In this document: positions 12,282 to 26,424 of the stretch, one piece after another | Position numbering within the stretch: position 1 is the stretch's first letter | Layout of the letters: each line of letters starts with the position of its first letter | Source of the DNA: Chiloscyllium plagiosum | Lineage: Eukaryota | Length of the DNA stretch: 63,911 bases | Direction: 5' to 3' | NCBI RefSeq assembly: GCF_004010195.1 | Contig: NW_025215379.1 | Coordinates: 147,885-211,795, forward strand | The notes under the pieces: model-generated | What the model saw: the letters and a program-made list of their open reading frames with translations, nothing else | Told to the model about the DNA's origin: nothing | Database searches by the model: none | Position numbers and translations under genes: made by a program

Positions 12282-13165
12282 TGTTATTGGACAAGTCAGA
12301 TCCCAAATCGAACTCTGACTCGATAAATCATATTTTGTTTTGTTTTGGTTTAAACAAGACAGTATTTCACTGAAATACAAACATAGAATATTGCAGAATC
12401 GGGTTTAACAATAAAATGGAAATTTATTATGCAAAAATATGAAAATAAAATAGGATTGATTGAAATGCTTACATATAACAAAAAATTAAAGATTTCAAAG
12501 CACATGGCAAAGCACAATCCCATTTATCCCAGCAATATACCTTTATACCTTTATAGCACTCACACCAGAGAACTTCTTCTCTTTCACATCAACGGGTTTT
12601 TTATTTAATTGTGGCTTCAGTTCCCCATCTTGACAATCTGATAGCCCCTTCATGAAGTCTTCACAGGAGTTCAGATTTTCTTAGCTTCAAACTCTTTCAG
12701 GGATTTAAGTAAATATTTCCGGTCTGGACTTTTTAAACTGAACTCCTCACATTGAAGTAATCTATTTTTAGAAATGATAAAAATACCTCCCTTTCTCAGG
12801 AACAATTGTTTTACACATCTAGCTTCGGCCAAAGGTTCTGCAAACTGTCCAACTAAAACTCAAAAACAATTTTTAAACAACAGATTTTTCCCTAAGCCCC
12901 CAAAACAATTTCAGAATCTTCTACCTGAAATATTAATGGACTACGCTGTTTATTTTATTCATTTGGAAATTTTCCCAATATAAAGCACACCCCATTACTC
13001 TCCTGAATTTTAAAAAAATAATTTACCATAGCTACAGTAAGACTTGCAAGTTAATCATTAAACCCGTTCTGACCCATAGGAAACCCATAAGCCACTAGTT
13101 CAAGATTCAAAAATCAATATTAAATGATATTGCAATATGAATAATTCACAAACCATTATGTCACA
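12282..13165. mobile_element. Possible solo LTR
   Basis: TGTTA...TCACA termini; flanks ATGT/GTGT resemble a 4-bp TSD; no coding sequence. Confidence 0.3.
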
Positions 13166-14670
13166 GTGTGGAAAGCTTTACATTTTTAGATTATTACAAG
13201 TATGTTCTATCCTCAATCATACTTCAATTGTTCGGCCAAAAGGCAAGTCATTAAAGGGATTATCAGATTCAGCCAAACCTAACCCATTTCCACACCTAAT
13301 CTTACTGAGTGTCTGACCAAACCTATATTTCCCTGCATCTTCGTCACCCACTTTACTAAATGGCACCCTTTTCTTGTTATCTTCTTCTTCCTCGTCCTTT
13401 TTTGTCTCAGTTTCTTCCTCCCTCTGCCTTCAACTAATCCTCTCCCACTACTTCTGGGAGGGTGCAATAATGTTATCTTGGATGTTTTTGTGACAAATAG
13501 AAATATGACAATCAAACAGAATGTATGATCTTAAAATAAGGACAAAATTATGTTTATGTATTCTGCTCCAAATACTTCTACCCTACTAGATCTGCCTTAT
13601 CTGAAAGTAACAATTGATCTTAAGTTCCCATGTTTAACAATATAGATATTTGGCTCGTATTTCTTAAATTTAAGTAAACCAGTTAGATTACAACATGCCT
13701 TTGCTTAGAGGACTTTAGAGGATGGAGTGTAAAGTTTTGGGCTTTTCAAATGGATTCAGTGAACTATTAAGTCAGGCATTGGGCCACTGTTGTTTTTGAA
13801 GGGTGTAATTTAGTGCATTGACAGAAATAACTCACTTTGCAGGTCTATTTTCAATGGAGACTACTTTGAATTGGAAAATTGGTTTTTGAGCCAAATAAAA
13901 TTTTCAATGTTATTCCAGAAACTGCAATGATTACCTCCATTATACATAAGCGGTATAGATATTAGCCCCTACTTAGCTGAGCTGATAAAAATGAAGTTAA
14001 ATCATAGAGATCTCCAGCACAGAAAAAGTCCCTTTGATCCATTGAATCTGTGCCAGTAAGTTAAAAGAATTTTAATGAAAGTATAAGGAAAAAAACATGT
14101 AAAGTCTAGTGATGATCTGCGTTATAGAAAGATCACTGGTTTCAAAGCATTTATTTGTTTGCTGAAGAATGTGTTTAGACTGAAGTATTGTAATACAGCC
14201 CTCATGGACTCAACTGTTGCAGTAAGTTTGGAAAAGCTGAAGTTTTCTTTAAAAAAAGACCCAGTGGATCAGATGTGATTGTGTGGACTATTTATCGGCT
14301 GAAATTGTGACTATCATAGAATTGCTGTGTAAATGCACAGTTGAGACAGTTGATTGGATGACAGGAAAAAAGTGTAAAGCAAAATAAAGTTAAAGTTGGG
14401 ATCAGTGTTCATTAAAAACATAGGTAAGCCTTTTTCCACAAAGACACAAGCAAGGTTTAATGAGTAAATTGATTAAACCGGGCATGGTAGATTTATAATG
14501 TTTGCCAGTAGTCAGTGCCACTGATCATTTGTTGAAGACTGAAAAGTGTAACCAATCGCCCAAGTCATTGTGCGCTCAGCAGATTGTGACCCTGAGCCTC
14601 CTCGAGAGAGATTACTCACCAGGGTAAAAGTCTCTGCACCAGATGAGGGTGGGAAGACAGGTTTTTGTTT

Positions 14671-14927
14671 TTAGATTACTTACAGTGTGGAAACAGGCCT
14701 TTCGGCCCAACAAGTCCACACTGCCCCGCCGAAGCGCAACCCACCCATACCCCTACATCTACCCCTTACCTAACACTACGGGCAATTTAGCATGGCCAAT
14801 TCACCTGACCTGCACATCTTTGGACTGTGGGAGGAAACCGGAGCACCCGGAGGAAACCCACGCAGACACGGGGAGAATGTGCAAACTCCACACAGTCAGT
14901 CGCCTGAGGCGGGAATTGAATTGAACC
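14671..14927 (-). mobile_element. HE1-type SINE, 5'-truncated at box B
   Basis: Near-identical to 785-1092 in reverse. Confidence 0.9.
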
Positions 14928-15372
14928 CTTTTGATGCGTGTTGACTGTTCCTTCTCAAAGATGTATGTGAGAGATGGGTCTCGGGGGTTGGGGCTCTTCT
15001 GATGATCCTGTCTTGGTGGTGTGATCTGGAGAAAAACATAAAGAATTGTTGGTGTCTTGAGCTTCCACCCTTACCCTAAGTTTTATTATGCTTCTGATGT
15101 TTGATGTAGAGCTGGGGACAGTAAATTAGAGGTTTTCTCTCAAGGTGGCTGTAGATATGTAATTTTCCTGACAGCAAAGTCACGTTCCTATTGCTCACTG
15201 CCAGCTCACCAGACTGGACTTGACGGTAGTGAAAAGCCATAGCCCACTCTATACACACTTTCACTTACTGTGCATGTTCCTTTTCTGCAGATAGAGAGAA
15301 ATATTAAGAGATGTTAGCATGGGTACATGAACATTATACCTGCACTAATAGATACAGGTAGAGATGTGAATA

Positions 15373-15496
15373 TGTGATGAAGGGCTTTTGCCCGAAACAT
15401 CAATTTTCCTCGGATGCTGCCTGACCTGCTGTGCTTTTTCAGCACCACTCTGATCGAAACTCTGGTTTCCAGCATCTGCAGTCCTCACTTTTGCCG
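15373..15496 (+). mobile_element. Solo family A PLE terminus starting at the HHR core
   Basis: TGATGAAGGGCTTTTGCCCGAAACATC. TSD AGAGATGTGAATA at 15360-15372 and 15497-15509. Confidence 0.85.
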
Positions 15497-16024
15497 AGAG
15501 ATGTGAATACCCAGAGATGTGATATTCTGTGTGTGTTATAATAAGAAGAATGTGGTATGGGAGAAGTTAGAGTTAAAAGATTCTAGTTGTAATGTGCATC
15601 ATTGTTGCCAAAGAACTAAAGTTGATGCAAAGCAATAAAGCATTATGCAAATGTGTGCTGGAGATATGCATCTGAAGTGTTCCTGCCAAAGGTATATTTT
15701 GTGGTGATGTCCTGTCCCATGCAAATATTTGATGAAAAACTATCAGGTGTATACATTATCCTAGTTGTGATGAAAGTTCAGTGAGCTGGTAGTATGTAGG
15801 CTCTTAGGTATTGTAGTACCTTTCATGTTTTAAGTGCAAACCCGAGCAGATGTGTGAAAGTCAGTAACACTGTGATATAAGTAGTTCTACATTGGTTGCC
15901 CATGAGGTAACCGATGGAGATGCCTGGCACCAAACCCCATGTGTGATAGTCTTCTGGCAAGCTTACAATATTAACTCACATTGCAAGGGGCATGAAGCAT
16001 TGAGTAGACAACAGTACTTACTCT

Positions 16025-16225
16025 GATAGAATGCAGTAAGTCATTCATCTGCTTGCAGCACTAAAGCCAGGTTCTCTTCAGCTACCTACAGCTGTTGAGT
16101 TCTGTATCCACCTCAGTCCAGGATGTCTTCTTCAGTTGAGATAGTCTTTTATTGTCATCCCTAAGGATAGCCTTCAGGAGAATTCTAAGAAGATGTTATT
16201 AAATCATGATGCTGCCTTTTCCTGG
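16025..16225 (-). pseudogene. Myb/SANT-like ORF relic of a PIF/Harbinger transposon
   Basis: Manual translation gives ...KKTSWTEVDTELNSCR*LKRTWL*CCKQMNDLLHS, matching the WxEVAxxxN...RTWxQCRKxxNDL pattern. Confidence 0.65.
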
Positions 16226-16936
16226 TTCTCTGATATCATATGGGTGGGTGGATGATGTGTTGAGGTTGAGTGATGCACCTAAGTTGCTGAAAGTGAAGTA
16301 CAGCCTGCGTAATTTTTACACATTATGCCTGGAGGTTGGAGCCCAAAATGTCTGGGTGGGTGGGGAAAGAGGGGTGGCAGATCTGCCCATCAAATATGAT
16401 GCTTTACATATGTATGAAAATGTAGTGAATTTAAAAGAATATAGTCACATGAAAAGAACTTTACCTACCTCCCACTTTTAGGTCCACCTCCACACTTAGT
16501 CTCAAAATAATACCTTGTGTAAGGAATATCTTAATGACCAAACTTATCCTTGTAGAATCTTAGATTCTTAGGAACCTAGCAAGGGTTCATGAAATCATGG
16601 GCTATCGTATTAACACTTAGAATTTATGTGTATTTTTAAATTTGAATAGTAAAATGTGTAACTTGTAGGATGTGCAAGAGGCCAGAATTGGAGGAGCACG
16701 GAGGTCTTGGAGGATTGTAGGACTAGATGATGTAGTAAAGATAGCAAGGAAAGAGATCATGGAAGGATTTGAAAATAAGGATGAAAATTTTAAGATTGAA
16801 GAGTTGATGGACTGGATATCAATGTAGATTAACAAGCACAGGGATAGTATGTGAACAGGAATTGGTTGGAAAAGTAACAGAGTTTTGAATGAGTCTTGCA
16901 GTTTGCCATCCACAGTACATTGGAATAGTCAAGTCT

Positions 16937-17860
16937 GGATGTAGCTTTGCTCGCTGAGCTTGAAGGTTCATTTCCAGACGTTTCATTACCCTACCAGGTA
17001 ACATCTTCAGTGGGCCTTAGGCGAAGCATTGCTGAAAATTCCTGCTTTCTATTTGTATGTTTGGGTTTCTTTGGGTTAGTGATATCATTTCCTGTGGTGA
17101 AATAATTTCTTGTTCCTTTTCTCAGGGAGTGGTAAATGGGGTCTAACTTGATGTGTTTGTTGATAGAGTTCCGGTTGGAATGCAATGCTTCGAGGAATTC
17201 TCATGCGTGTCTTTGTTTGGCTTGTCCTAGAATGGATGTGTTGTCCCAATCGAAGTGGTGTCCTTCCTCATCCGTATGTGAGGATACCAATGAGAGAGGG
17301 TCATGTCTTTTTGTGGTTAGTTGGTGTTCATGTATCCTGGTGGCTAGTTGTCTGCCTGTTTGTCCAATGTAATGTTTGTTACAGTCCTTGCACGGTATTT
17401 TGTAAATAACATTAGTTTTGCTCACTGTCTGTATATACATTGGACAAACAGGCAGAAAACTAGCCACAAAAAGACATGACCCTCTCTTACTAATATCCTC
17501 ACATACGGATGAGGAAGGTTACCACTTCGATTGAGACAATACATCCATCCTAGGACAAGCCAAACAAAGACATGCACGAGAATTCCTAAAAGCATGGCAT
17601 TCCAACCGGTGCTCTATCAACAAACACATTGAGTTAGACCCCTCTACCATCCCCTGAGAAAAGGAACAGGAAGTGACTTCACCACAGGAAATGACATCAC
17701 CAACCCAGAGAAACCCAAACATATAAATAGAAAGCAGGAATTTTCAGCAGTGTTTTGCCCTAGTAGAGTGATGAAATGTCTGGAAATTAGCCTTCAAGCT
17801 CAGGTGAGCAATGTTACATCCAAAACCTCAACCTGAGCTACAAATCTTCTCAAAATTCAG
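16937..17860. mobile_element. PLE fold-back insertion: two inverted copies of the GIY-YIG end plus terminus (family B)
   Basis: KTNVIYKIPCKDCNKHYIGQTGRQLATRIHEH on the minus strand; inversion at ~17430. TSD TAGTCAAGTCT at 16926-16936 and 17861-17871. Confidence 0.9.
16974..17013 (-). ncRNA. Minimal hammerhead ribozyme motif (family B)
   Basis: cca-CUGAAGA-U-GUUACC-UGGUAG-GGUAAU-GAAA-CG-UC-ugg. Confidence 0.78.
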
Positions 17861-19759
17861 TAGTCAAGTCTCAATGCAACAAAGGCAGATGAGGATTTCA
17901 ACAGCAGATCATTTGTGATAGAGATGGATGATGTTACTGAGGCAGAAATTGCTGATTTTAGTGATGAAGTCAAAAATTCAATTCAGGGTCAAATACGATA
18001 CCAAGGTTAAGAATGGTAGCAGCAGATGATGGTAAAAGAAGAGTTTGCACTGGTGACTGAAAACAATGTCTATGTCTTCCCAACATTTAAAGAAATCTTT
18101 GTTCATTCAGTACTGAATGTTAAACAAGCACTATGGCAATTCAGAGACAATGAAAGGATTGGCAGAGACATGTGTGATATTGTTTAATATCATCAGCATA
18201 CAACCAGATCTGAAATTTATTTTGGGTGATGCCACTGAGGTGTAGATAAGAGAGGACCAAGAATTGATCATAGATAGACATCAGAGTTCATGGCACAGGG
18301 GTTTATTTCCCTCATGCACTTTCTAGTTTTTTATATCATTCATGGGATAAACATTCTTCTTTAACAATTGCAGTCTCTGTGGTGTAGATCAACCACAGTG
18401 CCATTAGAGAGGGATATCTTGTATTTTAATCCAGTGACAATGAAGGATTAACAATATCATTCCAAGTCAGGAAAATGGCAGACTTTGCTGCTGAAGTTAG
18501 TGGTTGAAAAAACATATAATCTAGCAAATACTGACTGATAAAAAAAAATAATACGATATGATAAAATGAGGATAAATGACCTATATAAATAAACACAGAG
18601 AGTATAGCCTGAAGTTCTTTTTACAAAGAGCCTCTCCATTGTTGGGAAAAAAAAGGCCCCTAACTATAAATCTCACTGAAAACACATGACCAATTTTGCA
18701 GTGGATGGGAATAGGAATGAGGTCTAATTTGCACATTCACGATTCATGAAGGCAAATGCATGTGTTAAAATACAACTGCCTCAGGCTAATCTTATTTTCA
18801 CTCATTGGATGTCAAACATGACTTCCGTACTTAGGTCTGATAGGAGGAAGTATAAATCTTCCAGAAGCCTGTGGAAAGGTAGGGTACCCTTTTGGAAAGA
18901 AAAAGCACTTTTTGGATATGGTTCTAGTGCACATTTCCCCTTGGAAAGAAACCATTTGGGATTATTAAATGTACACTTGAATGTGTGGGAAAGATGCATA
19001 AGCTTCTTGGAATTGTCACACTCGTTGGAACACTTTCGAATAGTAAAGAGAATATTCATGAAAACTACCAAGAAGGTTACATATAGTAAATGGGATTTTT
19101 TTAAAAATTCATGCATTCATCAATATACACTTTAGAAATTAATTTAGGTTCAACACGTGTCTTGAAGTGTGTGTGCATGATAAATCCTGAATGAGTTGGC
19201 ATGATAGGTAAGTGCAAAAAATATCTAGCAGGAATTTAGGTTGGCACCAATTCATTGTGGATCTCATAAAGTGCTATAGAAGTTGGGGTTGTTATTAAAG
19301 CCATGAGGGGCCATAAGGGCAAGAAAACAAAATAAGTTGGTATTAAACATAAGAGAGACCTTTGGGTTGAGTAAACTGTATAAATTGGCATTAGAGATAT
19401 AAGGGTGAGGCATAGGCATAGGTTGGCATATTGGGTATAAAGGACATAGGATGTGCAGAGATAAATGAAGTGACATGAGTTGAAATGGATAAGCCATGAG
19501 AAGTATGGAGTACGGTGAGGTGATATGAGGGTTCAGAGCTGACAGGCTCTTTTAAAATTATTTTTCATAAATTTTAGACAAAGTACTGATGCTGAATCTT
19601 TGTCCAAACCACCTCCACAACCAAAAGCCTCACAACTGTCTATGAGCTCACCTGCCAAGACTACAGTGCTCACTTACCTCCATCTACCTTTCTCAAAACA
19701 AAGTTCTGACATGTCAGGGAGCAAATAACAATCAGGCCTAAAAGCTTCTACAAGAATAT

Positions 19760-22100
19760 ATGAATGAAATGAATCAGTAGCCCTTGCAGGATGAGACTAA
19801 GGAATTAATAATGGAAACAATGAAATATAGACTCTGAACAGTTTTAAATATGTTTCCATGCTAGAAAACATGCTAAAAAAATCTCAAGAAGTGTTGACAA
19901 TCCAAGGCCCAGGGATGGAGTAACTTAAAACAACCACAACCATTATATAAATCATGCTAGAAAAAATAAAGGCTGAGAAGATTCTGGATTTAATGGCCTG
20001 CATCATAGGATCTTAAAAGAAGATTCTGCAAAGATGGTTGCCTTGGCTGTAATCTTCCAAAACTCGGGAAAGATCTATGTATTAATTGTATAAGTATATA
20101 CATGTTGAGGATATTGATTTGTTGATTATTTGAATACATTATAAAGAAATGCTCTCTGAAGGACATGTGGACAAGTGGAAAAGTATTGAACTCATAAACC
20201 AACAATCTTTTGTTTGAAGTCTATTTGTGCTGGATAACATAGTCATTAATAGTTCCAGACAGCAGACAACTGAGTGAGTTGTTAGATCCGATTGCTTGCC
20301 TCTATTCCATGGTTATGTCCACGCCTGGATGGCCATGCAGTTCTGCTGGTAGACTTGAAGCTTTTCATTGTCAGTGGACATTGCGGAGGCTGCACTGCAT
20401 CATCTCCCCTCTTCCTCAACAACATTTTGATTTAAATTCTTTAGTTAATTTGATCTACTTGATTTTAATAGTACTTAAAAATGTGCAAAAGGACATAGTA
20501 CTTAAAAATGTGCAAAAGGACATTTATTGACATTGGTATTTGAATAGAGTTAGGAGCTCTATATTTGTCATGTTTAACTTTGTGAATCTAAAACTGAATA
20601 AGGACTGTCTTCCCATTTAGTGTTTCACCAACTGGCTGTCAGGAGGTTAACATCCAGTAGATTGGAAAACTACAAATGTAACATCATCACGCTAGAAAGC
20701 AGGGACTCAGGAGGCAAGAAATTATAAGACAGTTACAGTAGTCTAACTTCTATCATTGAGAAATACTGGAATCTATTCTTGAGGAAGTAGTAGCAGGGTA
20801 TTTTGAAAATCAAGTACAATCAAGCAAATCCAACCTGAACTATGAAACATGAACAATGTTTCAGAATCTCATGAAGAGTTCTATGAGAATATAACAAGTA
20901 CAAGGGATAAAAAGAAACCATAAAGTATAGTGTATTTGGCTTTCCAAAATACATTCCACATAAAAGGTACCGGTGTGTGCATGGTATTGGAGATAATACA
21001 TGAATATGAATTAAGGATTGGCTAACAGGAAGCAGAGAGTCAAGACAAAGGAGTGCCAGAGAGATCGGTGCTGGGGCCTAAATTATCTACAAACTATAAT
21101 TATGACTTAGATGAAGTAACCAAATGGACGATAGCCACATTTTCTGATGATATAAAGATAGGTCTGAAAACACGTTGTGAATTGGATACTAGAAGTCTGC
21201 AAAGGGATAGAGATAGATAATATGTCCAGGCAAAAATTTGGCAGATGGAATATACTGTGGGAAGTATATTCACTTTGGTGGAAAGAATAGAAAAGTAGAA
21301 TATCATTTAATTGGAGAGAACTTGAATAATAAGAAAAACAAAGAGTTCCAAAAAAGGGTCACCAGATCCAAAACGTTAACTCTCCTTTCTCTCCACAGAT
21401 GCTGCCAGACCAGCTGAGTTTCAAAAGCAATTTCAGAATCTGAAGAATGCTGCGGTATAGTGGTGTTCATACACCACAAAACGTTAGCACGCAGGTTTAG
21501 TACATAATTAGGAAGGCAAACAGGATATGATCTTAACGTGATTGTGTAGTTTAGATAAGAGCACACCAAGAGTATTGGACATTTCTGTAAACCTTTTTAA
21601 GATGAAATATATTTGCATTAGAATCAATTCAGAGAAGATTCCCTCAATTGATATCTGGGATGAAGGAGCTGACTTTGAGAAAGTGTTGAGCAGGTCTGGC
21701 CTTTACTCAGTGGTGTTCGGAGAATAAGAGGCAATCATATTGAAATGTTTAAGATTCTGAGGGGCTTGACAGGGTAGATGCCAAGAAGATGATTTATTTC
21801 ATGAGACAATCTAGAACTCAAGGACAGAGATTCAAAATAATTGATGTCCCAGTTAAGACAAAAGATGAGAAGGACTGTCTTCTTTCAGAGAGTCATTAAT
21901 CTTTGGGATCATTAGCGAAGTGGATACATTCCACGTAAAAGGTACAAGTAGTGAAAGCTTCCCATTGAATACATTTAAGGTTAAATTAAACAGATTTTTC
22001 ATTTGTAAGCAAGTCAAAGTTTAGGAGCAGCAGGCAGGAATTAAGATCATGATTACAGCAGCCATGATCTTCCTGAATGACAGGGTAGGCTCAAGACTCT
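19760..22100 (+). mobile_element. Highly decayed CR1 ORF2 and 3'UTR fragments
   Basis: DWKTTNVT, VYLAFQNTF and FSDDIKIG-like relics; CR1 3'UTR near 22050. A family D PLE terminus is nested at ~21345-21440. Confidence 0.65.
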
Positions 22101-24464
22101 GCGTTGATCTCATTATATATATTCTTATTTTGCTAGTTATATCAAAGGCCAGATGTAATTTTCTTGATTTTGGAATACAGCAAAGTATATCCTCTTTCAG
22201 AGCACAACTTAGGCTATGATCTACGGAGTAAATTTATTAGAAGTAGTAGTAGTAGACAATATGGATTATTAAAATATCTTGCCTAACTTTATCTCCATTT
22301 CCTAATTAGAAAAAATGACATGGCTGTTTACTAATTCTCTCAGAAATACTCAACTCAAATCTTCATCAGTAACAGAGTGTACAGAGCAGTTTTGTCAACA
22401 GTGACAGGAAGAAACTGATGATTTTAAGCAAGTTTGACATGAAGAGCTGAAACTCTGTAGCAGGCATACACAAAGCCTTTTGCTGAAAATTAGTGTTGAT
22501 TTGTTTTGGGGGGGCGGTGGGTTCCTGATCACAATTATCAATATGCAAGAGTTTGTAGCAATTTTCTGATAGTTTATTTGCATTTGTTAAAATCAGCAGT
22601 TTAGGTATTATACATTAGTTAACTAAACAAAGAAAGTATATGACCATAAAAGATGTGAATGCTCCATCGGGTTCTTAAGCTATCCAGGAGAATGGAGAAG
22701 CAGAGATGGCAGATTTGAGGTGATGGGGTGTTTGTTCCTGATGTAGGTAATGATCTTTGTTAATCCCTCAGACTGATGGAGAAGAGCTCCCAAGAAGATA
22801 GGTATTCATTTCACTGGATCCTCGCCTCCCCCCCCACCACCCTTTCCACACTTACCCATATTGTTAGAATTATTTTTAGGGTTATGAAATGTCTGTCACC
22901 TATCTAAAACTGCTCTGCCAATAATCACGAGTGGCCACTCTGATGCCAAGCTTACCGCTGAGCCCTTGCTCAACCCCATTTAATCTAACTTCCAAGATCA
23001 AAAACGTTTTATTTTTTAAAAGACTTTACTCATAATAGGATATATCCTTTATACCGGATACATCTTTTTGTTTATGCTTGTAAAAGGCTGGTTACTACTA
23101 TAATGCAATTAAATGAGGTATCATGCTCCACAGGAAATAATGAATAAAGGATAATAAGAGAACATAGTTTTAAGGGGCATCCCAATTTCCTACAAATAGT
23201 TCAGGACACCAAATCGCTGGACTTCTCAAGATGGTTTTTAGGAGAGCAGAGTCAAGTGAGGATAAAGTCCTCTTGGTCAAGATTTTATCTTTTGGGTCAG
23301 GGGCCTGACATTGGAGTCAAATGATAATCCTGACTGCACTCTATAACATGAATATTAGCTCATTCAAAACTATACCTTATACAACACCTTGCTCCTTTCA
23401 TGTCCTCATATGGAGGTGAAACTTCTATCTCTGGGTTCTGAGATTCCCAAAGGTTTTCCAGATTTTCTGTAACATCAGTAGAAAATAAGAAATGCACTCA
23501 GAGAAACAGCACCATCCATTTTTCAAGTGTTCCCTTCAATATTTCTGCATTAGCAGATGAAGAAAACCCTCCAGCTTCAACCCATGCACAGATACGTATC
23601 TTATACGCATGAGCTGCATGACTGTAAATTCTGCAAAGTATAATTTCTAGTTATAATGTAAAAACATTGGCACACTGAGGCCATCTTTTGGCCAGTGCCT
23701 CAGTTTATTATTCATGCAGTAAATTTTCAGACAAACAAACATGTCAGTTAAATAGCAATAAATACCTCCTGATGGGGAAACGCTAATTTTCATTGCTTTC
23801 ATTTACATATTATATATCAGATGGTAATGTACAACATCCAATTAGAAGTTGAAGAGAATAAATTATTACCTAAATAAATCACATTGTGCATTTGCAAATT
23901 ACATTTGACAAACTTTGCATTATGCAGCAGGTAAATACTGTGCACAGAATGAAATCTGGAAGGAGAAACTATTCACTTCTTTGTCTGAATCAGCTATTCA
24001 GAATAAATCATTGTTAAAATGTACAACGCTACAGATGCCAGAAAGTCAAATTACGCTTGCATCATGATTGTAGGGTGAAAAAAGGCGCAATGTCTTTTAC
24101 TTTCAGAAGGACTCCAAATTATCGGAAGTTTGAACATTTATTTCAAACACAAAAAGGTCAAAAGAAAACCTGTAGTTCAGATGTGGTTACATAGCCAGAA
24201 ATTGTTTTGGAACTCAACACATCAGGTACTAACATTTCATTGCAGATTCTTAAATGCTTTGTAAAATATGGAATTTCACTTCCACTCCTTATAAAGCCAG
24301 TGATATAGAAAGGAGTGGTCACTAATCACAATTGCTTCTTCTTTGCCCACATTCTTCCTATTTTTTTATTTTTATTGTTTAGCTAATTCACTCCGAAAGG
24401 AGCAAGCATCAAGATATTTGAAAAAGATTCCACAAGAGCGAATGGAATGGATGACACATTGCCT

Positions 24465-26400
24465 GTATTCATTCATGGGATGGAGGCATCACTAGCTTGG
24501 CCAGCATGTATTGCCCTTCCCTAATAGTGCTGGGAAAAAATATTGGTGAAGTACTGTCTTGAACTGCTGAAATCCAAGGGTGGTAAGTACACACGCAGTG
24601 CCATTAGGAAGAAAATTCAAGGATTTTAACCCAGTGATGGTGAAGGAACATCAAAATAATTTAAAGTTAGGACTATAGGCCAGTTAGCCTGATTGCTATC
24701 ATTGAGACATGTTGGAACCCATTCTTGAAGAAGAAGTAACAAGGCATATAGCAATTCCTAGCACAATCAGGTACATCCAACCTGATATTATGAAACAAGT
24801 CTCTTTACGCAAATTTATGAGTTCTTTGAGAATACAAAATGCGAGAAAGGATAAAAAGAAACCATTAAAACCATAAAAAGAAATTCCAAAAGATACTTAT
24901 AAGGTACCACATAAAAGGTAAAAATACTTATGGTATTGGAGACAATACTTGAATGTAAACAAGGATTGGCTAACAGGAAACAGAATCAGGATAAATGGAG
25001 TGCCACAGAGATCAGTGCTGGGGTCCAAACTGTTTGTAAACTACAATTATGACTGAGATGAAAGAACTATATGGACTAAACCTAAATTTGCTGATGATAC
25101 AAAGAAAGGTTGGAAAACATTTAAAACAGTTTAAAGTTAGGATTTTTTGTGGCTTAGAGGGCAAGCTGCAGGTCGTGGTGTTCCCATGCAACTGTTTCAT
25201 TCATGCCACCCTCCAGATAGTAGAGGAAAGGCTGTCAAAGGATCCGTGATGATTTGCTGCAATGCAACTTGTAGATATGCTGCCATGGTTCTTTAGTGGT
25301 GAACATAATTAATGTTGAAGGTGGTGGAAAGATTTCAATTCAAGTTGGCTGTTTTGTTTTGAACACTGTTGAGCTTCATGAATGTTGATGGAGTTGCACT
25401 ATTCCAGCAGATTGAGAGTATTCTATCCCACTCCTTGTAGATGACAGTTTGCAGAGCTAAGAGGTGAGTTAATCAATGTGGAATTCCTAACCTCTAACTT
25501 GATCTTGTAGCCATTGTTTTTATATAGCCAGTTGGGTTCAGTTTCAGGTCAACGATAACCTTCAGAATGTTCAAAACTTGTCATTCACCAAGATAATGAC
25601 TTTCTTGTTGGAGATGCCTGGTGTGAAAATTACTTGCCACTTATCAGTCAAAGCTTGAATGTTGCCTACACAGACTGCTTCAGTATCTGATGAGTCACAA
25701 ATATCACTGAACATTATACAATCATCATTCAGTATTCTCACTTCCAACTTCTGGAAGGAAGATAATTTATCAAGTAGCAGAAGGTGGCTGATCCTAGGAC
25801 ACGATCCTGGGGAGTTCCTATTGTAATTCCTATTGGCATGGTGGCTGCCTCACATTCCCATGGAACTGGGTTCAAATCCAGCCTCAGGCACATTCTCCCT
25901 ATGTCTGTGTGAGTTTCCTCCCACAGACCAAAGATGTGCAGGTCTGGTGGATTGGTAATGCTAAATTGTCCAGGGATGTACAGGCTAGGTGGATTTGAAA
26001 TGGGAAATACAGGGAAAGGGTAGGCAGATAGGTTGAGAGGGAATGCTCTTCAGAGGGTTGCTGTGGACTTGATGGGATGAATGGCCTGTTTACAAACTGT
26101 AGGGATTCTATTATTTTACGTTTCGTGACAGAGATGACTGACTTCTAACAAACACAACCAGCTTCCTTTGTGACACGTTTGGCTACTGCCAGTAGAGAGC
26201 TTTTCTTTGGTTCCTATTGACTTCAATTTTTCTAAGAACTCTTGATGCGATACTGAGTTGAATGCTTTGTTGACACCAACAGCAGTCACTCTCATCTTGC
26301 TTCTGCAGATCAGACTACAGTAATGTCCATAGTTTGACTAAGCCTGTAAGTCTGTAAAGCAGTCAGGAGCTGAATGCCTCTGGTGAAACCAAACTGAACA
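24465..26400 (-). mobile_element. Decayed LINE (family of 35790-39310) with a nested plus-strand CR1 piece (~24680-25120)
   Basis: Shares the 3' end CCAGCATgTATTGCCC and RT relics with 35790-37000. Confidence 0.6.
25835..26110 (+). mobile_element. Diverged HE1-type SINE
   Basis: Box B GGGTTCAAATCC, V-domain remnant, CR1-like tail. Confidence 0.7.
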
Positions 26401-26424
26401 TCAATGAGCACATTATTCTTTTTA

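Noticed and set aside
18690..19740. Overlapping 129 aa and 104 aa ORFs and a GGCAT-rich tract
   Set aside because: No domain signature; looks like a decayed non-autonomous DNA transposon but is unsupported.
23495..23630. Possible minus-strand exon after AATTTACAG
   Set aside because: Frames are short or unrecognisable, with no clear donor.
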